From the IMG/VR virus record IMGVR_UViG_3300028797_000103, positions 1 to 23,684 of that record: DNA of 23,684 bases; one strand, given 5' to 3'. The notes below the pieces were generated by a model that was given only the letters and a program-made list of their open reading frames with translations, searched no databases and was not told the DNA's origin. How positions within the stretch are numbered: the first letter of the stretch is position 1; every line of letters begins with the position of its first letter. Shown in pieces: positions 9,343-17,550 of the stretch. This stretch comes from a virus. Its lineage: Duplodnaviria > Heunggongvirae > Uroviricota > Caudoviricetes. The translations under genes and the position numbers were made by a program.

Positions 9343-9369
9343 TGATTTTTTATTTTTTAGAAAAGTTCT

Positions 9370-9831
9370 TTATTTAAGATATATTATGTTTTGATTTGTA
9401 GAACCCCTGAATAAAGCATCTTCATCTTTCAATTCTTCTATAAAAGGACCATCAACCAAAACATCTATTTCTCTGAGAATTGAATTTATTTTATCATCAT
9501 TCATAGCGACGAGTTCATCCATCGTAAACCCAGTATATATCCATATGTTTATGTCTGGTATCCTGTGTTTAAGTTGAGTAATGAGCTCAAGCACTTCATC
9601 TCTCCTATACATTGGGTCTCCGCCAGACAGTGTAACTTTATGATTGTCGTATTCTTCAACCAAATCTACAATTTCAGAAATCTCCATTTCTTTCCCGCCA
9701 TGAAAATCCCAAGATTCAGGGTTATGACAACCCTTGCATTTGTGTGCACACCCGGCAAAATAAACTGCGGTTCTCAAACCAGTCCCGTCGACAGCTGTAT
9801 CTGGTATTATATCTAATATTCTTGTTTTCAT
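9370..9831 (-). CDS. nrdG: Anaerobic ribonucleotide reductase activating enzyme (radical SAM)
   Basis: VDGTGLRTAVYFAGCAHKCKGCHNP (CxxxCxxC), TLSGGDP, DVLVDGPF, FRGSTNQ. Confidence 0.96.
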   Translation of the reverse strand: MKTRILDIIPDTAVDGTGLRTAVYFAGCAHKCKGCHNPESWDFHGGKEMEISEIVDLVEEYDNHKVTLSGGDPMYRRDEVLELITQLKHRIPDINIWIYTGFTMDELVAMNDDKINSILREIDVLVDGPFIEELKDEDALFRGSTNQNIIYLK

Positions 9832-10394
9832 AATAAAAATCTCCTTATATTACATCCTATTGTATTTCCCAACAAAACTATTCCCCAATATGCAAGAGCA
9901 TCAAGAGTGAACATCTTTGAAGAGAATATGTAAAAAGGTTCTGCAATCGAATGATAAAAACCAGATAGGATAAAAAGAGGAACGCCTATCAAAACCGGAA
10001 CAGGGTTAAAGGATGGAAAGTTTTTATATATGTATACAGATACATCAACAATCAATCCGCACATTATTGCCCGCCCCAATATCTCTAAAAATCCTTTCGA
10101 CATTTTTGTCGCTTCAACGGCAGTAAGCGAATCTACATCTCCAGTAAAAATCAAAGAAATCAACAAACATCCGATTAAATTTCCAAACAAAGTTTTAACG
10201 ACAAACCAAAGATCGTCTCTCTTAAATGTAGTTGAACCTACACACCCTGTATACAGTGGTGTGCCGAGACACAGTATTGTAATTAAACCGAATGAGAATA
10301 AAATCGCGCCAACAACTCCGCCGACTACGGCGTAAGCCCACGCACCGGCAGAAATGAGCACGCCGGATAAAATTGCTCTAGCAAACTGTTTCAT
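9828..10394 (-). CDS. Formate/nitrite transporter (FNT) family channel, 188 aa; start MKQFARAIL at 10394
   Basis: Six hydrophobic segments with FNT motifs AILSGVLISAG, FSFGLITI..LYTG, GNLIG, AIMCGLIV, FILSGFYHSIA, GNTIG; ATGA overlap with nrdG. Confidence 0.85.
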   Translation of the reverse strand: MKQFARAILSGVLISAGAWAYAVVGGVVGAILFSFGLITILCLGTPLYTGCVGSTTFKRDDLWFVVKTLFGNLIGCLLISLIFTGDVDSLTAVEATKMSKGFLEILGRAIMCGLIVDVSVYIYKNFPSFNPVPVLIGVPLFILSGFYHSIAEPFYIFSSKMFTLDALAYWGIVLLGNTIGCNIRRFLL

Positions 10395-10396
10395 TT

Positions 10397-10407
10397 TGCA
10401 AATATAC
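10397..10407 (-). promoter_or_regulatory. Bacteroidota-type -7 promoter (GTATATTTGCA) directly before the FNT start
   Basis: GTATATTTGCAAAATG on the minus strand. Confidence 0.75.
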
Positions 10408-10417
10408 AGAAAATATT

Positions 10418-10456
10418 TGAAAAATAGAGCCTCTATGAAAGAGGCTCGTTTTTTAT
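10418..10456 (-). terminator. Intrinsic terminator after nrdD
   Basis: Perfect 8-bp stem GAGCCUCU/AGAGGCUC with 5-nt loop, followed by UAUUUUU. Confidence 0.8.
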
Positions 10457-12768
10457 TTTTGAACTTCGTGCTGAATTCTGTCTTTGAACTCTGCTTGTTT
10501 TCCTGAGTTCCACCTGTCGACAGTAGAAACAAGATATCCTGTTATTCTTTGTAGAACAGACACGTTTTTGCTTCCACAAACCGGACAATACTTTTCTCCG
10601 TTTTCATCAACTGGAAATTCTTTTACGCTTTCGTGACAGCAATGGTCGCATCTTGCTACATTATGGTTAAAGCTTCCGTAACCGATGTCATATTTGTCCA
10701 TAAGGTCAACTATATTCATAACGGCTTCCGGATTCTTTTCAAGTTCACCATCGAGCTCAACGTAAAAAATGTGACCGGCCGGAGTAATCTTATGATAAGG
10801 AGCCTCGACTTCAGCTTTGTGTTTCGCTGAGCAGTGATACCAAACCGGAACGTGATTTGAGTTTGTATAATAATCCTTGTCAGTCACTCCTTTTATCTCT
10901 CCGTATTCCTTCTTGTCCACCTTAGTAAACTTTCCAGAAAGACCCTCAGCTGGTGTAGCAAAACAGCTATAATTGTGATTATACTTCTCTGAAAACTCCT
11001 TGCATCTTTTATCTATTAAAGAAACAATTTCAAGACCAAGCTTCTGAGCGTATTCTGATTCTCCATGATGTTTCCCAACAAGAGCAACTAAGGTCTCAGC
11101 AAGACCAATAAATCCAACACCCAAAGTGCCATGCTTAATGACTGGTTCAATTGTATCTTCCGGATCAAGTTTATCCGAACCGTTCCAGAGACCGCTCATA
11201 AGCAAAGGGAACTGCTTAGCCTTTGCTGTAGATTGGAATTGATATCTTTCATCAAGTTGCTTAGCTACTATATCGAGAGCTTTGTTCAGCTCATCAAAGA
11301 ATAACGATATTGTTTCTCTCTGAATATCTTTCTCAAGCACATCAGAAACGGAATGTTCGTCATATATACTTACAATCTTTCCGTCCTTTTCATAAAGAGA
11401 TGCAGTTGCCAAAGCAGCTTCAATTGCAAGCTTCGGAAGATTTATCGTGGTAAACGAAAGATTACCCCTTCCGATTGATGTTGGATATTCGCCAAACCTA
11501 TTTCCATAAACTCTTGTTCTGCAACCCATCGTTGCGACTTCGTGCACATATCTCTTTGGATCATTTTTATCCCACAGCGGGTCAACATTATATGACGCAT
11601 CAAGATTCAAGAAATTCGGGAAAAATCTTCTTGCAGAAACCTTACATGCGAGTTTATACAAATCATAATTTGGATCTTCAGGAAGATAGCTAACGCCGCG
11701 CTTTTTCTTCCAAATCTGGATAGGGAAAATTGCTGTGCTTCCATTGCCTACACCTTCGTATGTCGAATTTAAAATTTCCCTTATAACGCAGCGTCCTTCT
11801 GCCGACGTGTCGGTTCCATAGTTAACGGAGCTAAATACGACCTGATTTCCGCCACGGCTATGTATCTGATTCATATTATGAATAAACGCCTCCATAGCCT
11901 GATGGACTCTGTTAACGGTTTCGTTTATAGCGTGCTGCTTCCATCTTTCATCACCAGACAGCCCATCAAGTGACTTTACAATATAATCATCGATTTCTGC
12001 GTCTTTAAGGTTACTATGATCAATTCCGTGTAAAGCTGATATCTTATCAATCTCCTCTTTGTATGTAGCCCTAACATAAGGAGCAAGATAAAAATCAAAC
12101 GCAGGAATAGCCTGACCTCCATGCATTTCATTCTGAACAGTCTCCATAGATATACAAGCTATGATTGCTGCCGTCTCGATTCTCTTCGGAGCTCTGGACT
12201 CTCCATGCCCTGCTCTGAATCCATTTTCGAATATCCTGTCAAGCGGGTGCTGAATACAGGTTAAACTTTTTGTTGGATAGTAATCTTTGTCATGAATATG
12301 AACTATATTGTTGTCTACATATTCTTTGACATCTTCTGAAATAAGATAATTGTCTACAAAGGTCTTTGTCGTTTCACTCGCAAACTTCATCATCATTCCG
12401 GCTGGCGTGTCAGCGTTCATGTTTGCGTTCTCTCTGGTTATGTCATTTGCCTTTGTAGCCACAATCTCATCAAACATAACCTTTGTCTTCGATTGTCTTG
12501 CCACGTCTCTTCTGTGGCGTTCTTTTACGTATTCACGGGCTGCGTCTTTTCTAGTTGAACTCATCAGTCTTTTTTCAACGATATCGTGAATTTCCTCAAC
12601 TGATAACTGTTTTACATTTTTGCTTTCAACGTAGTCAATGATCTTTTCAATAATTTCTTCATCAACCCCCTTCTTTGTCCTTTGCATCGCAAGAGCGACA
12701 GCCTTTCTAATTTTCTCAGCGTCAAATTCAACAATTCGACCATCCCGCTTAATTACAGTTTCTAACAT
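10453..12768 (-). CDS. nrdD: Class III anaerobic ribonucleoside-triphosphate reductase with N-terminal ATP cone
   Basis: ATP cone VIKRDGRIVEFDAEKI; MGCRT; TPAEGLS; zinc site CDHC...CPVC; glycyl-radical loop RITGYL. Confidence 0.97.
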   Translation of the reverse strand: MLETVIKRDGRIVEFDAEKIRKAVALAMQRTKKGVDEEIIEKIIDYVESKNVKQLSVEEIHDIVEKRLMSSTRKDAAREYVKERHRRDVARQSKTKVMFDEIVATKANDITRENANMNADTPAGMMMKFASETTKTFVDNYLISEDVKEYVDNNIVHIHDKDYYPTKSLTCIQHPLDRIFENGFRAGHGESRAPKRIETAAIIACISMETVQNEMHGGQAIPAFDFYLAPYVRATYKEEIDKISALHGIDHSNLKDAEIDDYIVKSLDGLSGDERWKQHAINETVNRVHQAMEAFIHNMNQIHSRGGNQVVFSSVNYGTDTSAEGRCVIREILNSTYEGVGNGSTAIFPIQIWKKKRGVSYLPEDPNYDLYKLACKVSARRFFPNFLNLDASYNVDPLWDKNDPKRYVHEVATMGCRTRVYGNRFGEYPTSIGRGNLSFTTINLPKLAIEAALATASLYEKDGKIVSIYDEHSVSDVLEKDIQRETISLFFDELNKALDIVAKQLDERYQFQSTAKAKQFPLLMSGLWNGSDKLDPEDTIEPVIKHGTLGVGFIGLAETLVALVGKHHGESEYAQKLGLEIVSLIDKRCKEFSEKYNHNYSCFATPAEGLSGKFTKVDKKEYGEIKGVTDKDYYTNSNHVPVWYHCSAKHKAEVEAPYHKITPAGHIFYVELDGELEKNPEAVMNIVDLMDKYDIGYGSFNHNVARCDHCCHESVKEFPVDENGEKYCPVCGSKNVSVLQRITGYLVSTVDRWNSGKQAEFKDRIQHEVQK

Positions 12769-12826
12769 GAATTTTATATTATTGATTTTCTATCGTGCAA
12801 CGTGCACGTCAGATTATATGGTAGTT

Positions 12827-12834
12827 TATTTATC
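12827..12834 (-). promoter_or_regulatory. T4-late-like motif GATAAATA upstream of nrdD
   Basis: Intergenic; recurring motif. Confidence 0.5.
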
Positions 12835-12856
12835 CCTCGCGGGACAAATTGCGCGA

Positions 12857-12867
12857 TGCAAATATAC
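12857..12867 (-). promoter_or_regulatory. Bacteroidota-type -7 promoter (GTATATTTGCA) for nrdD
   Basis: TAnnTTTG match; fourth identical copy. Confidence 0.8.
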
Positions 12868-12968
12868 GGAAAATTCATAAGAAAAAATAAAAAACAAAGC
12901 CAGAGTGCGCTGTGTGGCATTAAAAATTTTTTCAAAAAAAATTAGGCTTCAAAATCTATCAAAAATCG

Positions 12969-12976
12969 AATAAATA
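12969..12976 (+). promoter_or_regulatory. T4-late-like motif AATAAATA upstream of the nucleotidyltransferase
   Basis: 22 nt before ATG 12999. Confidence 0.55.
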
Positions 12977-12998
12977 TAGAAACTTTCGTAAGAAAATA

Positions 12999-13778
12999 AT
13001 GAAATATTTCAAATACAAAGACTTAGGTGAAGCAACTCCAGAAGATGTCGATCTTTCTTCATTTGAGTTGAAAGACGAACTAAATAAAAAATTCTGGATT
13101 GATGGTAAATTAAATAGAAGCGTTAGGGTTGACCTTTTAAAAATTACAAGAGATTTTTTGGAAAATCTTGAAATAGAAGGAATATCCATTGAAGATATTA
13201 TATTCACCGGCTCATTGGCAAACTACAATTGGAACGAAGATTATTCAGACATAGACCTTCATATAGTATTAGATTTTAAAACAATTGGAGACGACGAAGA
13301 CCTTGTTAAAAAATATTTTGATGCAGTAAGAAAAAATTGGAACGATAGACATGATGAAATAAAGATACTTGGATATCCAGTTGAACTGTACGTCCAAGAC
13401 ATAAAAGAAAAACACACATCAAGCGGAGTATATTCAGTATTAAACGATGAATGGATTGAAAAACCATCAAAGGACAAAATAAAAAATGACAACCTCGACA
13501 ACGAAAAAATTTCGACAAAAGCGGCAGAGTTAATGACTGATATAGAAGACTTAGAAACAGAATTCGAATCAACAACAGATTACTGGGATTTATATATAAA
13601 AGCCGATGAGCTGTTCGACAAAATAAAATCAATAAGAAAAGATAATTTCACAAGCGGAAACAAAGAAATGTCAGAAGGAAATCTAATATTCAAAACATTA
13701 AGAAGAAACGGATATCTTGAACGACTAGTTGAACTAAAAACAAAATGTTACGACAAATCAAGAAGTATAGAAAAATAG
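12999..13778 (+). CDS. DNA polymerase beta superfamily nucleotidyltransferase
   Basis: hGS...DhDh motif IIFTGSLANYNWNEDYSDIDLHIV, third acidic strand PVELYVQD, helical C-terminal domain. Confidence 0.85.
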   Translation: MKYFKYKDLGEATPEDVDLSSFELKDELNKKFWIDGKLNRSVRVDLLKITRDFLENLEIEGISIEDIIFTGSLANYNWNEDYSDIDLHIVLDFKTIGDDEDLVKKYFDAVRKNWNDRHDEIKILGYPVELYVQDIKEKHTSSGVYSVLNDEWIEKPSKDKIKNDNLDNEKISTKAAELMTDIEDLETEFESTTDYWDLYIKADELFDKIKSIRKDNFTSGNKEMSEGNLIFKTLRRNGYLERLVELKTKCYDKSRSIEK

Positions 13779-13800
13779 ACCGAAGATTCGGTCTATTTTT
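13771..13800 (+). terminator. Intrinsic terminator of the nucleotidyltransferase gene
   Basis: Perfect 13-bp inverted repeat aaaaatagaccga-agat-tcggtctattttt. Confidence 0.85.
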
Positions 13801-13823
13801 ATTAGCATATCGCCCGCATGCAT

Positions 13824-13865
13824 AATAAAAATCGTCTCCTTGTTTTATCAAAGAGACGATTTATT
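13824..13865 (-). terminator. Intrinsic terminator of the MoxR/vWA cluster
   Basis: Minus-strand stem AUCGUCUCUUUG/CAAGGAGACGAU followed by UUUUAUU, just downstream of stop 13881. Confidence 0.8.
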
Positions 13866-13880
13866 AAAATGTTTGTGAAA

Positions 13881-16850
13881 TTAGATTCTCTTGAAAATTC
13901 TGATTCCAGACGCAGACTCAACAAGTCTGTAACCCCTCTGCTGTAGAGATTCTGCAAATGCAGATGCACCAGTAGCGGAAGATCTTGATTTGTATGCATC
14001 ATATGTATCTGCTGCGTCCAAAATCGTTTCGATGTCTGGAAGAATTGTTTTTATAATTCTAGCCTTGGCTTCGATCTTTTCTTTTGTTCCGAGAACATCA
14101 ACATCAGTCTTCTTCATAAGTTCTGAACCGGCTATATGTTTAAACGCTTCAAGAACATCTTTGTGGTCTGCAAGATATTCGAAGTCACCGGAGTTTACAA
14201 TTGTATTACCAAACTTAGCAACATCTCTAATATCCGCCACTATCGTATCAATGTTTCTAGATATTGTTCTCTTAAGAGAATTATCAGAAATGAGTCCAAG
14301 ATTCTTTCTTATTGTTCCGATTGCAATTCTCAATGAACTTGCATATCCTGTAACCTTTGTCACATCGGAAGTAAATGAATCCACATCAACACCGGATGGT
14401 CTAACTTCACTTTGGTCGATAACATCAGATAGCTTCTTCTGCTCTTCCTCTCTTGTTTTCAAATTTGTATTTAAATCTACAATGTAGTCATAAACCTTTC
14501 CCTTTAGAGGAGTTTCGCCCAATTCGTCGGCTATGTTGTTGTATTTCTGAATAAGGTCATCTAATGTTTTTGCAATGTCCTTAAAGTTTATCACAATCTC
14601 TTTATCTGAGAGTGAACCATCTCTTATAACAGTCATTTTGTCAACAACATTGAACAAATTAGAAACAAATTCAGAAACGTTATTATACGCTACATCGTTT
14701 GATTCTATTTCATCTGCACCATGTTTTGTATAGAAACCAAGTACACCGTCTATCAATGTTGGGATAAAGAGAAATACTTTTCTAACCTGATCCAAATCTA
14801 CACCAGCAGCAGATGCTTTATTTTTCTCAAAAGCGCCCTTTATGACGGCATAAGCATCTTGTCTCAAATTATCGTTTTCAAGGTTTTCCTTAACCTGCTT
14901 TATTGCGCCAAACACCTTTCCAATATTTTCAGAAAAGTCTCCAATTTCTCCCTGCAATCCAATCTTCGAAAGAGCTCTGCTTGCTACAGTCTGCATTCTC
15001 TTAATGTTTTCTTCCTTAACATTAACGTTAATTTTATATTCTTTAGCCATCTTGTCTGGGAAAAGAAGACAAACTGTTGCAGGAGCAGCTTTATCTGAAG
15101 ATAGATTCGAAGGTTCGTATGATCCTCTTTTTGCTGATGTACCGGACAACTTGACATCCATAATTGATTTTATTATATCAACCAATTCATCCTTGCTCCC
15201 TTGTTCTATGTCATCAACCGTATACGTAGGACAGGTATCCTTTAAACGTATACCACAGCCAAATGCAATACACTTCAAGAACTTTTCGCTCAAAGAATTT
15301 ATCAACTTCTCGTTAAGAGGGTTGTGTTTTTCCGCCGCAAGAACAAAATTGTTTCTACAGGTGCTTATGTCGTTTGAATTTATATCCTTAAAGAAAACAG
15401 TTTTTCTATCATCTCCAGCATATCCCTTAAAATTGTAATTAAGTTCGCATACGAATTTTTCTTTTTTGGGATCTTCATTTAAGGTCCAAGAACCTCTTCC
15501 GAACAAAATGTCCATAACCCTATCAAAAGTTTCATCTTCTGATGCTCTATTTAGGTCAAAAACAGATGATATATATCTTCTTGAATAATCAGACGCACTC
15601 TTTGTAAGATGGTTGCAGAGCCACCAATATGCACAAGAGTATACCCATTTTGCAACAGTCGTGTCTTCATCCTTCGTTACTTCATTAGGAGTCATACCAA
15701 ACTCTTTAAAGGAACCAAACATCCTTTCATAATAATCGTTTCTGTCCTTTATTGTATTATAAATCGTGTTAGAGTCTGATACGCTTGTAAGATTTCTAGA
15801 GTCATCCTTCAGGTAAACAAGAGTTGGGTATTTTGCAGATGGAGTATAAGCATAAACCATACTTATAAGACCATTCTTTGTTGTGAATATCTTAATACCT
15901 TTAAATTTTCCTCTTACGCTAAGATCTCTTGCGATTTCAAACGGATTGTCGATAACGTCTACATCAGAGTCATTTATGTTACCCCAAGGAATAGTTATTA
16001 TTGGGTCTATGACATCAAAAAGGATTCTCTTGTTAATGTTTTTGACGATTTTTGCATTTCCACTTAACTCCTGTCCATGCCTTGCTGGTATCAATGCAGA
16101 CAACTTTGTCCCCATTTCTTCATTAAGGGATGATATATACTTTTCGCCAAGATTGAATCTTTTCTTAGCCTCTATTAAAAGTTCACTTTTCATATCTTGA
16201 TTTTCAGATTTACTTTCATTTGCATCACCAGAAAGACGTTTAATGTACTTATTAGCCTGAAGCTGATTAAATTTGTTAATCATCTTTATTTCAACATCTC
16301 CTGTAACAACGCCCGGAGCATTCTCATAATCTATTGGTCTTGGAATGTTTCTAACAACTACACTTCCATCAACCTTCTTTGGGAATCCAACTGGAAATAG
16401 TTTAACGTCATTCTTTCCAAATAGATTTGACAATTCTATATTTCCTATCAGTTCATCAAATATAACCCCCGTTTCGCACACAGCAACAACACCAGCTATG
16501 TTTTCATTTGTTATGTCTAGGTGTAGAACAACAGTTTCTTCGTCTGTTATGAAATAAGATTCTTCTGTATTTTCACAAGAGAAAAGATTAGCAACTGGAC
16601 TTACATCCGGAAGGTTTTCTTTCATTGTTTTGACAATTTCACCGAACACTTCGTCGTATTTTCCGGTTCTTCTTGCAAAAGCAATATCGGCAAGTCTAGC
16701 TGCTCGCTTCTTTTCTTCATCTGAAGCTGAATCTGCCTGCTTAAATATTTCAACGTCGTCTACGGTTTTTTCACCAGACTGGATTTCGTCATCCAAGTCA
16801 TAGAGATCCAAACTAGTTACACGTCCTTCTGTTATTTTAAGTTTCTTCAT
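13881..16850 (-). CDS. Large (~989 aa) hypothetical protein; N-terminal ~200 aa paralogous to the C-terminal domain of the vWA protein; probable start MKKLKITEG
   Basis: Long ORF; the ATG at 16868 overlaps a GATAAATA motif, so ATG 16850 is preferred. Confidence 0.8.
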   Translation of the reverse strand: MKKLKITEGRVTSLDLYDLDDEIQSGEKTVDDVEIFKQADSASDEEKKRAARLADIAFARRTGKYDEVFGEIVKTMKENLPDVSPVANLFSCENTEESYFITDEETVVLHLDITNENIAGVVAVCETGVIFDELIGNIELSNLFGKNDVKLFPVGFPKKVDGSVVVRNIPRPIDYENAPGVVTGDVEIKMINKFNQLQANKYIKRLSGDANESKSENQDMKSELLIEAKKRFNLGEKYISSLNEEMGTKLSALIPARHGQELSGNAKIVKNINKRILFDVIDPIITIPWGNINDSDVDVIDNPFEIARDLSVRGKFKGIKIFTTKNGLISMVYAYTPSAKYPTLVYLKDDSRNLTSVSDSNTIYNTIKDRNDYYERMFGSFKEFGMTPNEVTKDEDTTVAKWVYSCAYWWLCNHLTKSASDYSRRYISSVFDLNRASEDETFDRVMDILFGRGSWTLNEDPKKEKFVCELNYNFKGYAGDDRKTVFFKDINSNDISTCRNNFVLAAEKHNPLNEKLINSLSEKFLKCIAFGCGIRLKDTCPTYTVDDIEQGSKDELVDIIKSIMDVKLSGTSAKRGSYEPSNLSSDKAAPATVCLLFPDKMAKEYKINVNVKEENIKRMQTVASRALSKIGLQGEIGDFSENIGKVFGAIKQVKENLENDNLRQDAYAVIKGAFEKNKASAAGVDLDQVRKVFLFIPTLIDGVLGFYTKHGADEIESNDVAYNNVSEFVSNLFNVVDKMTVIRDGSLSDKEIVINFKDIAKTLDDLIQKYNNIADELGETPLKGKVYDYIVDLNTNLKTREEEQKKLSDVIDQSEVRPSGVDVDSFTSDVTKVTGYASSLRIAIGTIRKNLGLISDNSLKRTISRNIDTIVADIRDVAKFGNTIVNSGDFEYLADHKDVLEAFKHIAGSELMKKTDVDVLGTKEKIEAKARIIKTILPDIETILDAADTYDAYKSRSSATGASAFAESLQQRGYRLVESASGIRIFKRI

Positions 16851-17550
16851 CGTGTGTGTATTTATCATTTAATTAAAAGTGAATGACACTCTTTGTGATA
16901 TTTATCCTTAATTGAACACAGAAATTCTCCCAAACTCTATGTTCTTTCCATTTCTAAGTCTATTCTCAATTTGCTTTACCCTTGAAAGCGGAATTTTGTT
17001 AGACAGAAAACCAAGATCAACGTTTCCTGTAACAGTTGTCGGGAAGTTTTTATCGTTCAATAATTTTGGTAAAAATTCAACCTCAAAATCACCGTCTATT
17101 ACTTTTGGAAAACCATCAGGAAATTCTTCAACTGTATCACAATCATCTACAGATATGTTTCCGATGATCTTATCGACAATATATTTTGAGCACACGTATA
17201 ACAAATCGACAAATTTACTGTCTTTTATATCAGTATGAAGTATTATCGTTTCGTCGTCTGTTATGAAATATGTGTTCTCGTCATTTTCACATTTAAATTC
17301 GCTTTCAACAGGAGAAACATTTGGAAATCGTTCTTTCATAACGTTGATGATTTCACCAAAAACTTCCTCATACTTTCCGGTTCTTCTTGCAAAAGCAAGA
17401 TCTGCCAATCTTGATGATTTCTTTTTTTCTTCATCACTGAGACTATCATGCTTTTTAAAGTATTCTATATCATCTACAGAAATACGCCCAGCTTGAATTT
17501 CGTCATCCAAATCATAATTATCAAGATTTTCTACTCTACTTTCATTAACG
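16230..17550 (-). repeat. Diverged direct duplication (~0.6 kb units, 714-nt offset) spanning the junction of two genes
   Basis: Identical 25-mer at 16660-16684 and 17374-17398; identical 17-mer at 16540-16556 and 17254-17270; shared peptides YDLDDEIQ, SDEEKK, AFARRTGKY, YFITD. Confidence 0.92.
16859..16906 (-). promoter_or_regulatory. Two tandem T4-late-like GATAAATA motifs (16899-16906, 16859-16866)
   Basis: Both lie in the 57-nt intergenic gap, oriented toward the 989-aa gene. Confidence 0.6.

Noticed and set aside
10395-10532. 46-aa N-terminal extension of the FNT ORF in the track
   Set aside because: Overlaps the nrdD end, its terminator and a promoter motif; FNT similarity begins at ATG 10394
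7719-12768. Inteins, introns or homing endonucleases in helicase or nrdD
   Set aside because: Both ORFs are continuous, of normal length, with no splice-junction or endonuclease motifs seen
12795-12826. Possible NrdR box or palindrome (gtgca-acg-tgcac; aactaccatataatct) upstream of nrdD
   Set aside because: Poor match to the NrdR consensus, single copy, short stem
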